A stretch of 49,346 bases of DNA from Limnochordia bacterium (GCA_050944915.1 JBMNRY010000002.1:1-49346), one strand, 5' to 3'. Positions 7,741-17,169 are shown, numbered from the stretch's first letter. The notes: generated by a model not told the origin, from the letters alone. Made by a program: numbers and translations.

Positions 7741-9166
7741 GTATGAAGCTGTCATCGGTTTAGAAATCCATGTGGAGTTAGGGACAGAATCTAAGATCTT
7801 TTGTTCCTGTTCCACCGAGTTTGGCGGGGAACCGAATACCCAGTGTTGTCCTGTTTGTCTCGGTTTACCCGGGGCCCTGCCTGTTTTGAATCAACGGGCT
7901 GTCGAGTATGCGGCAAAAGCCAGTCTAGCCTTGAATTGTGAGATTGCCACCACCAGCTGGTTCGATCGGAAAAACTATTTCTATCCCGATTTGCCCAAGG
8001 GGTATCAGATTTCCCAGTATTATGTTCCCATCGGGGCTAATGGCTATCTCCAGGTAGGGGAGAGAAAGATCGGTATTAACCGGGTGCACATGGAAGAAGA
8101 AGTCGGTAAGACCGTCCATGGGGGAGAAAATATTATTAAGGCCCAGTATTCGATGGTGGATTATAACCGGGCGGGGATTCCCCTGATCGAGATCGTTACC
8201 GGGCCCGATTTAAGAACCCCGGAGGAAAGCCATGAATTCCTTCAGAAGTTGAGGACTATCCTCCGTTACATCGATGTTTCCGATTGTAAAATGGAAGAAG
8301 GATCTTTGCGCTGTGATGCAAACATTTCCCTACGACCCGTCGGTTCTGAGGAGTTCGGGGCCAAGATTGAAATCAAGAACTTGAACTCTTTCCGGGCCGT
8401 ACGCCGGGCTTTAGAGTATGAAATTGAACGCCAAACCGATTTGCTCCTCGACGGCGAGACCATCGAGACGGAAACCCGTCATTGGGATGAAGCCCAGGGG
8501 ATAACAATCTCCATGCGTTCCAAAGGAACCGCGACCGATTATCGATTGTTCCCCGACCCCAATTTGGTGCCCATCGTCTTGACTTCCCAATGGGTCGAGG
8601 AGCAGCGGCGAGGTTTACCGGAGTTACCCGATGCCCGGAAACAGCGATTTGTCGATGAGTTAGGGTTACCAGCCTATGATGCTGAAGTCTTAACGGCCTC
8701 TAAAGAATTAGCCGATTTCTTTGAAACCACTCTTCAGACCTGTCCCGATGCTAAGCTGGTCAGCAACTGGGTGATGGGCGAAGTGCAGCGCTATGTGGAC
8801 CCGGAAGCTATGTCGGAGCTGAAGTTCGGACCGGAGGATTTGGGCCGGTTGTTGAACCTAGTTGAAAAGGGAAGCATCAACCGGAATCAAGCCAAGGAGA
8901 TCGTGTTACCGGAGATGATGGAAACGGGGGCTGCCCCGGAACAAATCATCAAGGATAAGGGATTAGAGCAGATCAGCGATACCTCCCTGGTGGAAGAATT
9001 CGTTACGACCGTTATCGCTGAGCACCCCCAAACCGTCGAGGAATACCTAGGCGGAAAGGAGAAGGCTATTGGTTTCCTGGTGGGACAAGTGATGAAAATG
9101 AGTAAGGGAAAAGCCAATCCCCAATTGGTCAATCAGCTCCTTAGGGAAAAATTAAGACAGTCATAA
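7724..9166 (+). CDS. gatB: Asp-tRNA(Asn)/Glu-tRNA(Gln) amidotransferase subunit B
   Basis: Motifs YEAVIGLEIHVEL, CPVCLGLPGALP, HMEEEVGK, RCDANISLR, KNLNSF and the YqeY-like tail. The start is ambiguous (GTG 7724, TTG 7730 or TTG 7733) and overlaps the end of gatA. Confidence 0.9.
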   Translation: MALLTKYEAVIGLEIHVELGTESKIFCSCSTEFGGEPNTQCCPVCLGLPGALPVLNQRAVEYAAKASLALNCEIATTSWFDRKNYFYPDLPKGYQISQYYVPIGANGYLQVGERKIGINRVHMEEEVGKTVHGGENIIKAQYSMVDYNRAGIPLIEIVTGPDLRTPEESHEFLQKLRTILRYIDVSDCKMEEGSLRCDANISLRPVGSEEFGAKIEIKNLNSFRAVRRALEYEIERQTDLLLDGETIETETRHWDEAQGITISMRSKGTATDYRLFPDPNLVPIVLTSQWVEEQRRGLPELPDARKQRFVDELGLPAYDAEVLTASKELADFFETTLQTCPDAKLVSNWVMGEVQRYVDPEAMSELKFGPEDLGRLLNLVEKGSINRNQAKEIVLPEMMETGAAPEQIIKDKGLEQISDTSLVEEFVTTVIAEHPQTVEEYLGGKEKAIGFLVGQVMKMSKGKANPQLVNQLLREKLRQS

Positions 9167-9197
9167 AGGCTGTCGGTGAAAGGTGGAGATGGAAAGG

Positions 9198-10313
9198 ATG
9201 GCCTATGGTGATTTAAAGGTACAATCAAGGGTTTTGATGGGCCCTGGCCCCAGTGATGTTGATCCCCGGGTCTTAAAGGCGATGACCTTACCGGTCGTCG
9301 GACACTTAGACCCAGGCTTCCTCACCACCATGGATGAAGTACAGGAATTATTACGCCATGTTTTCCAGACGGAGAATGAGTTGACGTTGACGGTACCCGG
9401 AACGGGAATGGCGGGGATGGAGGCTGCCCTGACCAACCTTTTGGAACCAGGGGATCGGGTTGTAGTGGGTATCAACGGTTTCTTCGGCGGGCGCCTCGCG
9501 GAAATCGCCGCCCGTTGCGGTGCCCAGGTGGTTAAGGTGGAGGTGCCTTGGGGCGAAATAATTCCTCCAGGGGCCATCGAAGAGGCCTTGGCCGGGGAAC
9601 CGACGAAATTGGTGGCCTTGGTCCATGCGGAAACATCGACGGGGGTTCTCCAGCCCCTAGAAGAAATCAGTCAGGTGGTCCACCGCCACGGAGCCTTGCT
9701 CCTCGTTGATATGGTCACCTCTTTAGGGGGAACAGAGGTGCGGTTAGATGACTGGGGCGTGGATGTGGCTTATTCTGGTTCTCAAAAATGCCTCGGCTGC
9801 CCTCCAGGGCTAGCTCCTGTGAGTTTCGGTCCCCGGGCGGTGGAAGCTATGGAACGGCGTCAGGGACCGCCTCCCAATTGGTATCTCGATCTATCTTTGA
9901 TCGGCAAGTATTGGAGTCAAGAGCGGTTTTATCACCATACGGCGCCCATCTCCCTGGTTTACGCGATGCGGGAAGCCCTGCGTTTAGTTTATGAAGAAGG
10001 TCTTGCCCAGCGTTTCGACCGCCACCGGGCCATCTCTCAACAACTCCAGGAAGGTTTAGAGGAGTTAGGTCTTGAGTTATTTGCTCCCGCTCATCTGCGA
10101 GCACCGATGTTGACCACCGTCAAGATCCCCGAAGGAGTGGAGGATGCCCAAGTCCGCAGCCGCCTCCTGCAAGAGTATGGGGTGGAAATCGGCGGTGGGC
10201 TGGGTCAATTAAAGGGGAAAATCTGGCGGATCGGTTTGATGGGCTACTCCTGCCAGACCCGCAACGTCACACTGCTGCTGGCGGCCTTAAAAGAGATACT
10301 TAGGGAAGCATAA
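9198..10313 (+). CDS. Class V aminotransferase (serine-pyruvate / alanine-glyoxylate aminotransferase family)
   Basis: GPGPS N-terminal motif and PLP-lysine motif SGSQKCLG, in an ORF of about 370 aa. The ORF track starts at GTG 9183. The ATG at 9198 has better spacing from GGTGGAG. Confidence 0.8.
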   Translation: MAYGDLKVQSRVLMGPGPSDVDPRVLKAMTLPVVGHLDPGFLTTMDEVQELLRHVFQTENELTLTVPGTGMAGMEAALTNLLEPGDRVVVGINGFFGGRLAEIAARCGAQVVKVEVPWGEIIPPGAIEEALAGEPTKLVALVHAETSTGVLQPLEEISQVVHRHGALLLVDMVTSLGGTEVRLDDWGVDVAYSGSQKCLGCPPGLAPVSFGPRAVEAMERRQGPPPNWYLDLSLIGKYWSQERFYHHTAPISLVYAMREALRLVYEEGLAQRFDRHRAISQQLQEGLEELGLELFAPAHLRAPMLTTVKIPEGVEDAQVRSRLLQEYGVEIGGGLGQLKGKIWRIGLMGYSCQTRNVTLLLAALKEILREA

Positions 10314-10328
10314 GACACCACAGGGAAG

Positions 10329-10358
10329 CATCCCGGTGTAATGCCGGGATGTTTTTTT
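10329..10358 (+). terminator. Rho-independent terminator
   Basis: Stem CATCCCGG/CCGGGATG followed by T7. Confidence 0.8.
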
Positions 10359-10370
10359 ATGAAGAGGTGA

Positions 10371-10703
10371 TTGATGATGGCAACCATTGAGGATTTCCAA
10401 CAACTTGATATCCGGGTCGGAGTGGTCATCGATGTTCAAGATTTTCCCGAAGCAAGAAAACCAGCCTACAAACTGCAAATCGATTTCGGCGAGCTGGGTA
10501 TCAAGACTTCCAGTGCCCAGATTACCCAATTGTACACTAAGGAAGAACTGGTAGGGCGGCAGGTTATCGCCGTCGTTAATTTTCCCCCGTTGCGGGTGGC
10601 CGGTTTCGTCTCCCAAGTCTTAGTTTTGGGGGCTTTAAACGACGCAGGGGTTGTTTTGCTACAACCGGAGCGTCCCGTAGCTCCCGGTGATAAAATTGCG
10701 TAG
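10371..10703 (+). CDS. csaA: tRNA-binding domain protein (CsaA / EMAP-like)
   Basis: 110 aa with the CsaA-type pattern DIRVG.V......P.ARKPAYKL.IDFG and VNF.P. It has the OB-fold tRNA-binding domain length. Confidence 0.75.
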   Translation: MMMATIEDFQQLDIRVGVVIDVQDFPEARKPAYKLQIDFGELGIKTSSAQITQLYTKEELVGRQVIAVVNFPPLRVAGFVSQVLVLGALNDAGVVLLQPERPVAPGDKIA

Positions 10704-11604
10704 GGGGCTGGGGGGCTGGCTCCCCCTATTGGCCATCTTGGCCACGGTAACTTTTTGGGGTTTGTCCTTTATTGCTTCCAAGGCTCTCTTAGCCTTGTTG
10801 TCCCCTTTGCAGATCATGGTGATCCGCTTCGCCATCGCGGCCATCTTTATGCTGGTGGTCACGGGAAAGAATCTGCCCTTACCCCAGTGGGAGGATGGAC
10901 TCCAGATTCTTTTAGCCTCCCTGTTGGCCATCCCCATTTATTTTTTCCTGGAGAATACTGGACTCCAGTATACGACGGCTAGTAATGCTTCGATTTTAAT
11001 CGCAACCATTCCCGTCTTGAATTTGCTCTTCGGCGCCTTGGTGGCTAAAGAAAGAATCCATCCCGGCCAGTGGGTCGGTGTCAGCTTGTCCCTACTGGGA
11101 GTCTATGTCCTCATCAGGGGGGATTTGTCCCTGGCACCGGCGACCATGCGAGGGAATCTAATGGTCCTCGGTGCCGCGTTATCCTGGGTCCTTTATACCC
11201 AAAGGGCGGCCCCTCTGTTGAAGAAATATGGGAGCGTAGCCCTTAATACCTATCAGTTGGTCCTGGGCAGCCTAAGCCTTGTTCCTCTGTTTCTCTTCGA
11301 GGGGAGGGGCTGGCCACCAGGGGAGACTTGGATTTGGCTTAACTTGCTCTATCTCGGCGTCCTGTGTTCAGCCGTCGCCTATTTTTGTTATCTTTTTGCC
11401 CTGGAGCATCTGGGTCCAGCGACGACGACCACCTTTATTAACCTGGTACCCGTGGTGAGCGTTTTGGGAGGTGTTTTTATCCTTGGGGAAGGCCTCACTC
11501 CGTCGCGACTTCTAGGAGGCAGTATCGTCGTCGCCGGTGTAGTCTTAGTATCCTTGATGGGACAGCCCATGGAGCGTGGGGTGGAGGGGAATAACCCCCT
11601 TTAA
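10687..11604 (+). CDS. EamA/DMT family transporter
   Basis: 305 aa with about 10 TM helices in two EamA repeats (WG.SF.A.K; Y..AL..LGP). Confidence 0.75.
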   Translation: MIKLRRGLGGWLPLLAILATVTFWGLSFIASKALLALLSPLQIMVIRFAIAAIFMLVVTGKNLPLPQWEDGLQILLASLLAIPIYFFLENTGLQYTTASNASILIATIPVLNLLFGALVAKERIHPGQWVGVSLSLLGVYVLIRGDLSLAPATMRGNLMVLGAALSWVLYTQRAAPLLKKYGSVALNTYQLVLGSLSLVPLFLFEGRGWPPGETWIWLNLLYLGVLCSAVAYFCYLFALEHLGPATTTTFINLVPVVSVLGGVFILGEGLTPSRLLGGSIVVAGVVLVSLMGQPMERGVEGNNPL

Positions 11605-12324
11605 TTCCGCCCCTGGTCGAATAGACCTTATAGACTATTCTTAGGGGGTGCCTAAGACATATAATGAATCGATCACATCTTAAACGGGGCGAAGCCGATG
11701 TCTCCGTGGGCAGATATTCCCGTTGATCCGGTCTTTGGGAAGTCGTCTTGGTGGTCGATGAGAGAAATATCCCGAAGATTGGCCTCGGGAAATAGTCCTT
11801 GTTCCTGCCTGGGGAGGTAGGAGCCTTTCGCCGGCAACAGTAAACTAGGGGTGATTAGGGTAACTACTAGGCCGAGGATGAGGCCGGCGGTGAATACATA
11901 AATCCTTTGTATTTAACTAACCTTTGGAAAAGGTATTGGAAACCTCGCCCGCAATGGGGAGGTTTCCTTGCTTAATAATGAAGCCTAGGGTTCAACGGTC
12001 ACTGTGGTCGTAGAGAAAGGTGTATGGCAGAATACCTTCTTCGATGGTCTAGAACAAGTTGTGAACCCTGGTCCAAGGATGGTCTAGGAGCCATTGCTAC
12101 TTATAGCCTAGTGTGCTTGTTTTGGGCGCAAACTCCCAACGCTGAAGGTTTTCTAGGGTGGATCCTCGAGGGAGGAACAAAACAGACCTCTGGTCAAGGC
12201 GTGGGGCAGGATATAGGGCGAGACTAGCCAATTGATCATGGCAAATGTCCGTTGTTCCCTGAAGTTCGCTTCGGTAGAATTCAAGATTAGAGTTCAAGGG
12301 CGGTGGTTAGAGGAGGTGATGACC

Positions 12325-12723
12325 ATGGATCGGACCGAGTTAACCATGATTCGGGATTTAGATAGTCGGTCTTTAAAAATCTATGAAATGGAAATGAATC
12401 GGGACCAGCATAGCATATTCGCAGCTTATTTGCTCTGGTTCTTTCTCGGGGGCTTGGGAATCCATAAGTTTTATATCGGCAATCGGCCCATGGGTTGGCT
12501 CTATGTAGGATTAACGGTGGGGGGCTCCCTGTTGGGGGTCATGTTCGATGAGCCGGAGGTCCCGGCCCTTACCCTTTTTCTTTGGTTTTGCTTGTGGTGT
12601 TGGGATATGATCAGTCTATGGTGGCAAGTCCGAAACAACCAGCGAAAGAGAAGGCTAGAGCTACTTAAGAGGTTGTGGATGGCCCAACAGGCGGCCAGCA
12701 AGGAGGGAGCGGCCGAGGGATAG
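12325..12723 (+). CDS. TM2 domain-containing membrane protein
   Basis: TM2 signature AYLLWFFLGGLGIHKFYIG. The ATG at 12325 lies 8 nt after GAGGAGGTG. The ORF track starts at 12232. Confidence 0.7.
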   Translation: MDRTELTMIRDLDSRSLKIYEMEMNRDQHSIFAAYLLWFFLGGLGIHKFYIGNRPMGWLYVGLTVGGSLLGVMFDEPEVPALTLFLWFCLWCWDMISLWWQVRNNQRKRRLELLKRLWMAQQAASKEGAAEG

Positions 12724-12728
12724 AGGTA

Positions 12729-12756
12729 AGAAAGGGGGCTTTTAAGCCCCCTTGTC
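12729..12756. terminator. Convergent (bidirectional) terminator between the TM2 gene and hydA
   Basis: Palindromic stem AAGGGGGCTT/AAGCCCCCTT. The U-rich tail is on the minus-strand side (TTTCTTAC), so it mainly serves the hyd operon. Confidence 0.65.
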
Positions 12757-12760
12757 TAAT

Positions 12761-14770
12761 CTAGGCCTTCTTGGTTTGTTCTTTAATTACTTGGAGGAGG
12801 GAGTCGACTTTATCGGGTCCAACTCCACCGTAGAGCTTGTCGCCGACTTTGACGTTAACTCCTTCGCCGCAGCTTTCGAAGCAGAAGGTCCCTTTGAGGG
12901 CGACATGATCTTGGAGACCGGCCTGCCTGATCTTCTCCGTTAGATCTTGGAGGACATCGTAGGAGCCATTGAGATAACAACAGGTGCCTACACAGACTTC
13001 CACTGATAGGGCTTCGTGACCGTTACCATCGGTCAAGTTGATGTCTTCACCGATGATCCGGCGCCGTGCCTGGTAAGTGGTATGAAGGGCTTCATGGGCC
13101 GGGTTGCTACCGGGCTCTTGGAGCCATTTTTCGTAAACACGGCTGATGAGGGGGTTTTCATAGGACTTGCGCAGCTGCAGACTCTTATCGGCTTGGTACA
13201 AGCCTTTGCTTCGGGCTTGACGTTTATGGGCATCAGTGCCCAGGGGTTGCCCAGCGCCGCTGACACAGCCACCGGGACAAGCCATAACCTCGATCAAATG
13301 GTAATGGGCTTCACCGGCCCTTATCTGGTTGAGCAATTCTTTAGCCCGGGACAGACCGTGGACGATGGCCAGTTTCAGTTCCTGATCACCGACGGCAACC
13401 CGAGCTTCCCGGATTCCTTCACTGCCCCGGACGGCGTCGAAGTTCACCTGGTCAATCTCTGTTTTGTCTAATAGATAATTGGCGGCCCTTAATACGGCTT
13501 CGGAGACCCCACCGGTGACACCGAAAATCACGCCACCACCGGAGGTGAAACCGAAGGGCATATCGAGGGAATCTTCTTCCAGACTGGCGAAATCGATCCC
13601 GGCTTCCCGGATCATCTGGATCACTTCTTGGGTCGTCAGGACCAGATCCACGTCGGGAACACCGTCGGTTTGGAATTCGCTGCGGTTGGCCTCGAATTTC
13701 TTGGCGGTACAGGGCATGATGCTGATGACGTAAAGGTCCTGAGGATCGATGCCTAATTCTTTAGCATAATATTTTTTCGCCAAGGAGCCAAACATTTGTT
13801 GGGGCGAGCGACAGCTGGATAAGTGGGGGACGATATCGTGGTGATATTGTTCCACATATCTCACCCAACCGGGACAGCAGGAAGTGAATTGGGGGAGGTT
13901 TTCACCCTTTTGCAGCCGCTCTAGGAATTCCGTCCCTTCTTCCATGACCGTTAAGTCGGCGGCGAAACTGGTGTCAAATACTTTATCCACGCCTAAGTGG
14001 CGGAGGGCAGCAGTCAATTTGCCAAGGGTGTTGGCACCGGGGGCCAGACCGAAGGCTTCGCCGATGGCTACCCGCACCGCGGGAGCGATTTGGACAATGA
14101 CGGTTTTATTCTCATCGTGGAGGGCCTCCCAGGCTTCCCTGGTCTGATGTTTGACTACCAGGGCCCCAGTAGGACAGACGGCGGAACATTGACCACATTC
14201 CACACATTCGACCTGGGCCAATGGTTTATTAAAAGCGGGGGTGACCACCATGTCCGAACCCCGATTGGCGAAATCAAGGGCTCCGATGCCTTGAACTTCG
14301 TGACACACCCTTACACAGTCACCGCAAAGGATACACTTATTGGGATCCCGAATGATAGCCAGACTGGAATCATCGATGGGCGCCTTCTTATCTAGCTGAC
14401 CAAAGCGGATGTCTCTGATACCGAACCTTTGGGCCAGATCCTGGAGTTTACAGTTACCACTTTTGTCACAGGTGGTACACTCCCGATCGTGGTTGGCCAA
14501 AAGTAGTTCCAAGGCCATTTTGCGAATGCGCTGGACCCGGGGAGTGACGGTTTTGACCGACATGCCTGGCTGAGGTGGTGTAGAACAACCGGCCACAATC
14601 TGACCGTTTTCCAATTCGACTAGACACATGCGGCAAGCACCATAAACCGATAGCTCGGAGTGGTAACAAAAGGTTGGTAGTTCAACTCCGGCTTTACGGA
14701 CTACTTCAAGGATATTCTTCTCGCCGTCCAGCTGGACAGTGATCCCATCAACAATCATTTGTTGCTTCAA
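12761..14770 (-). CDS. hydA: [FeFe]-hydrogenase catalytic subunit HydA (bifurcating/NAD(P)-linked multimeric type) with a C-terminal thioredoxin-like 2Fe-2S domain
   Basis: N-terminal plant-type 2Fe-2S domain, a His-ligated 4Fe-4S site (HDRECTTCDKSGNC) and two ferredoxin 4Fe-4S motifs. Canonical H-cluster motifs FTSCCPGW, MPCTAKKFE and EVMACPGGC. The C-terminal CVGTCC...FCFESCG module is also present. TTG start 8 nt after GGAGG. Confidence 0.9.
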   Translation of the reverse strand: MKQQMIVDGITVQLDGEKNILEVVRKAGVELPTFCYHSELSVYGACRMCLVELENGQIVAGCSTPPQPGMSVKTVTPRVQRIRKMALELLLANHDRECTTCDKSGNCKLQDLAQRFGIRDIRFGQLDKKAPIDDSSLAIIRDPNKCILCGDCVRVCHEVQGIGALDFANRGSDMVVTPAFNKPLAQVECVECGQCSAVCPTGALVVKHQTREAWEALHDENKTVIVQIAPAVRVAIGEAFGLAPGANTLGKLTAALRHLGVDKVFDTSFAADLTVMEEGTEFLERLQKGENLPQFTSCCPGWVRYVEQYHHDIVPHLSSCRSPQQMFGSLAKKYYAKELGIDPQDLYVISIMPCTAKKFEANRSEFQTDGVPDVDLVLTTQEVIQMIREAGIDFASLEEDSLDMPFGFTSGGGVIFGVTGGVSEAVLRAANYLLDKTEIDQVNFDAVRGSEGIREARVAVGDQELKLAIVHGLSRAKELLNQIRAGEAHYHLIEVMACPGGCVSGAGQPLGTDAHKRQARSKGLYQADKSLQLRKSYENPLISRVYEKWLQEPGSNPAHEALHTTYQARRRIIGEDINLTDGNGHEALSVEVCVGTCCYLNGSYDVLQDLTEKIRQAGLQDHVALKGTFCFESCGEGVNVKVGDKLYGGVGPDKVDSLLQVIKEQTKKA

Positions 14771-16645
14771 TTAAACCACCTCCACGGCCGCAAAGCGACA
14801 AGCGTCTAAGCAGGCACCACATTTAATACATTTGCTTTCGTCGATGACATAGGGTTCCCGAACCTTACCTTCGATGGCCCCCACCGGACAGACCCGGGCA
14901 CATTTACTACAACCTTTACAGGCCTCGGCGATGATCCGGTACACCTTCAAGTTAGCACAGACCCCAGCGGGACAGCGTTTATCCACCACGTGGGCCAGGT
15001 ATTCATCGCGGAAATATTTGAGAGTGGTCAAGACCGGGTTCGGAGCCGTTTTTCCTAAGCCACAGAGGGAACCGAGTTTGATGGTTTCACCCAGCTCCTG
15101 GAGAAGGTCCAGATCTTCCACCTCGCCTTGGCCATCGACGATCCTTTGGAGAATCTCCAGCATCCGTTTTGTACCTTCCCGGCACAGGACACATTTACCA
15201 CAGGATTCGTTTTGGGTAAAGTTCATAAAGAAACGGGCCACTTCGACGATACAGGTGTTTTCGTCCATGACCACCAAGCCCCCGGAGCCGACCATAGCTC
15301 CCGCCTTTTGCAGGGAATCGAAATCAAGGGGCAGGTCTAGATGTTCCTTAGTTAAACATCCGCCCGAAGGACCGCCGATTTGCACCGCTTTGAATTCACC
15401 GTTGTTGCGGATGCCGCCGCCGATATCGAAGACGACTTCCCGCAAGGTGAGACCCATAGGTACTTCGATGAGTCCCGTATTGGCTACTTCACCGGTGAGG
15501 GCAAAGGTTTTCGTTCCCGGACTGCTGCTCGCGCCGATGGTTTTGAACCAGTCGCTACCTTGGCGGATAATGACGGGGATGTTGGCTAAGGTCTCCACAT
15601 TATTGATCAAGGTGGGGCAACCCCATAATCCCTTTTGGGCTGGGAAGGGCGGTTTGGGCATGGGCATCCCCCGTTTGCCTTCAATGGAGGCGATGAGGGC
15701 ACTTTCTTCGCCGCAAACGAAGGCTCCCGCGCCTTCTTTAATATGAAGGCGGAAGGAAAAGTCGGTGCCCAAAATGTTATCTCCTAAGAGCCCTAGCTGT
15801 TCCGCAGCGGCGATAGCTTTTCGCAGCCGGGTCACGGCCAGGGGATATTCGGCCCGGACGTAAATATAGCCTTCATCGGCACCGATGGCGTAGCCGGCGA
15901 TTAGCATGGCCTCCAAGATCCGATGGGGATCGCCTTCCATGACGCTCCGGTCCATAAAGGCCCCGGGGTCCCCTTCGTCACCATTACAGACTACATATTT
16001 CTTCTCCCCGGGGGAGAGGCGGGTCAAATCCCATTTCCGTCCTGCGGGGAAGCCACCGCCACCCCGGCCACGGAGGCCCGAATCGAGAATCCTTTGGCAG
16101 ACGTCTGCCGGCTCCATCTCCGTGAGGACTTTGGCCAAGGCCAGATAACCATCGCGGTAAATGTATTCTCCGATATCTTCGGGGTCCAGGGTGCCGCAAT
16201 TGCTTAAGGCAACCCGTTGCTGCCGTTGGTAGAAGGGGATTTCTTCTTCCTTGGTGTAGGTTTTACCCCCTTGGGGATCTTTATAGAGCAAATCTTCAAC
16301 GATGGTGTTTTGGGCTAGACTCTCAGCGATCCTTTCTCCATCGGAGACTTGGACCTTAACATATAGAATGCCTTGGGGCTCGATGCGCACCAGGGGACCT
16401 TGTTCACAGAAACCGTGGCATCCGCTGGTTTTCACCGTGGTACCTGTACAGCCATCTTCTAAAAGGGCTACATCGACGTACATATCCCGTGCCGCCAAGG
16501 CCTCTTTAATGGCGTCGAAGACCCGGAGGGAACCACCGGCGACACAACCGGTACCGGCACACACTAAGACCCGCTGGTTTTCTCGGGCTAAGAGCTGAGC
16601 GAAATCATCTTTGATTTTCGTGAGGTCTTGAATGGATTTGATCAT
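14771..16645 (-). CDS. hydB: NuoF-like flavoprotein subunit HydB (NADH/FMN-binding, Fe-S)
   Basis: N-terminal Trx-like 2Fe-2S (CAGTGCVAGG...GCHGFCEQGP), the NuoF motifs GRGGGGFP and CGKC..CREG, and two C-terminal 4Fe-4S ferredoxin motifs. ATGA overlap with hydC. Confidence 0.9.
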   Translation of the reverse strand: MIKSIQDLTKIKDDFAQLLARENQRVLVCAGTGCVAGGSLRVFDAIKEALAARDMYVDVALLEDGCTGTTVKTSGCHGFCEQGPLVRIEPQGILYVKVQVSDGERIAESLAQNTIVEDLLYKDPQGGKTYTKEEEIPFYQRQQRVALSNCGTLDPEDIGEYIYRDGYLALAKVLTEMEPADVCQRILDSGLRGRGGGGFPAGRKWDLTRLSPGEKKYVVCNGDEGDPGAFMDRSVMEGDPHRILEAMLIAGYAIGADEGYIYVRAEYPLAVTRLRKAIAAAEQLGLLGDNILGTDFSFRLHIKEGAGAFVCGEESALIASIEGKRGMPMPKPPFPAQKGLWGCPTLINNVETLANIPVIIRQGSDWFKTIGASSSPGTKTFALTGEVANTGLIEVPMGLTLREVVFDIGGGIRNNGEFKAVQIGGPSGGCLTKEHLDLPLDFDSLQKAGAMVGSGGLVVMDENTCIVEVARFFMNFTQNESCGKCVLCREGTKRMLEILQRIVDGQGEVEDLDLLQELGETIKLGSLCGLGKTAPNPVLTTLKYFRDEYLAHVVDKRCPAGVCANLKVYRIIAEACKGCSKCARVCPVGAIEGKVREPYVIDESKCIKCGACLDACRFAAVEVV

Positions 16646-17169
16646 TGGGTATCTCCTTCCCGGTTCCGTTTTTGCAGGGTGTCGATGATGGCGGTGATGG
16701 CCTCCGGCGTCATTTGACCGTAGACCTGATCATTGATCATCACCACAGGGGCAAGCCCGCAAGCCCCTAGACAGGACACCGTTTCGACGGTGAAAGCCAG
16801 ATCCTCCGTCGTGATATTATCGCCTTCTAAACCAACCTTTTTCCGGATGGCTTCTAAGACGGGGATGGAGCGCCGCACGTGGCAAGCCGTACCATCACAG
16901 ACTTTAATGACATATTTTCCCTTGGGATTCAGGGAAAATTGAGTGTAGAAGGTGGCTACACCGAAGACGGTGGCTGGAGAAATGTCCAGGACCGTCGCGA
17001 TGTAAGTGAGGATCTCCTCGGGCAAATAACGGTACTCTTCTTGCACTTCTTGTAAAATAGGAATGAGTGACGATTCCTTGCCTCCATGGCGGCGGATACA
17101 TTCGTTAACCATTGTAAATTGCCGCTGAAGCTCCCCCTGTTCTTGGAGGGAACCCTGTTGTTTTGCCAT
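16642..17169 (-). CDS. hydC: NuoE-like [2Fe-2S] subunit HydC
   Basis: NuoE pattern CDGTAC...VSCLGACGLAPV. The ATG at 17169 (MAKQQ) lies 9 nt after GGGTGA. The ORF track starts at TTG 17178. Confidence 0.85.
   Translation of the reverse strand: MAKQQGSLQEQGELQRQFTMVNECIRRHGGKESSLIPILQEVQEEYRYLPEEILTYIATVLDISPATVFGVATFYTQFSLNPKGKYVIKVCDGTACHVRRSIPVLEAIRKKVGLEGDNITTEDLAFTVETVSCLGACGLAPVVMINDQVYGQMTPEAITAIIDTLQKRNREGDTQ

Noticed and set aside
12024-12297. A 67-aa plus-strand ORF and a 66-aa minus-strand ORF upstream of the TM2 gene.
   Set aside because: The two overlap each other, have poor or no RBS spacing and look compositionally random. The region is better explained as a structured non-coding leader.
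11605-12324. Idea that the gap of about 700 nt followed by a small membrane protein could be an OLE-like large ncRNA with its associated membrane protein.
   Set aside because: I cannot recall or recognise any OLE consensus blocks in the sequence. Part of the gap looks protein-coding on the opposite strand. The downstream gene is a TM2-domain protein rather than a recognisable OapA. Only an Infernal scan could settle this.
14874-15746. A 290-aa plus-strand ORF antisense to hydB, with similar shorter ones antisense to hydA, hydS and the PP2C gene.
   Set aside because: Shadow ORFs opposite strongly supported Fe-S/flavoprotein genes. No motifs, and Ser/Pro/Arg-rich sequence.
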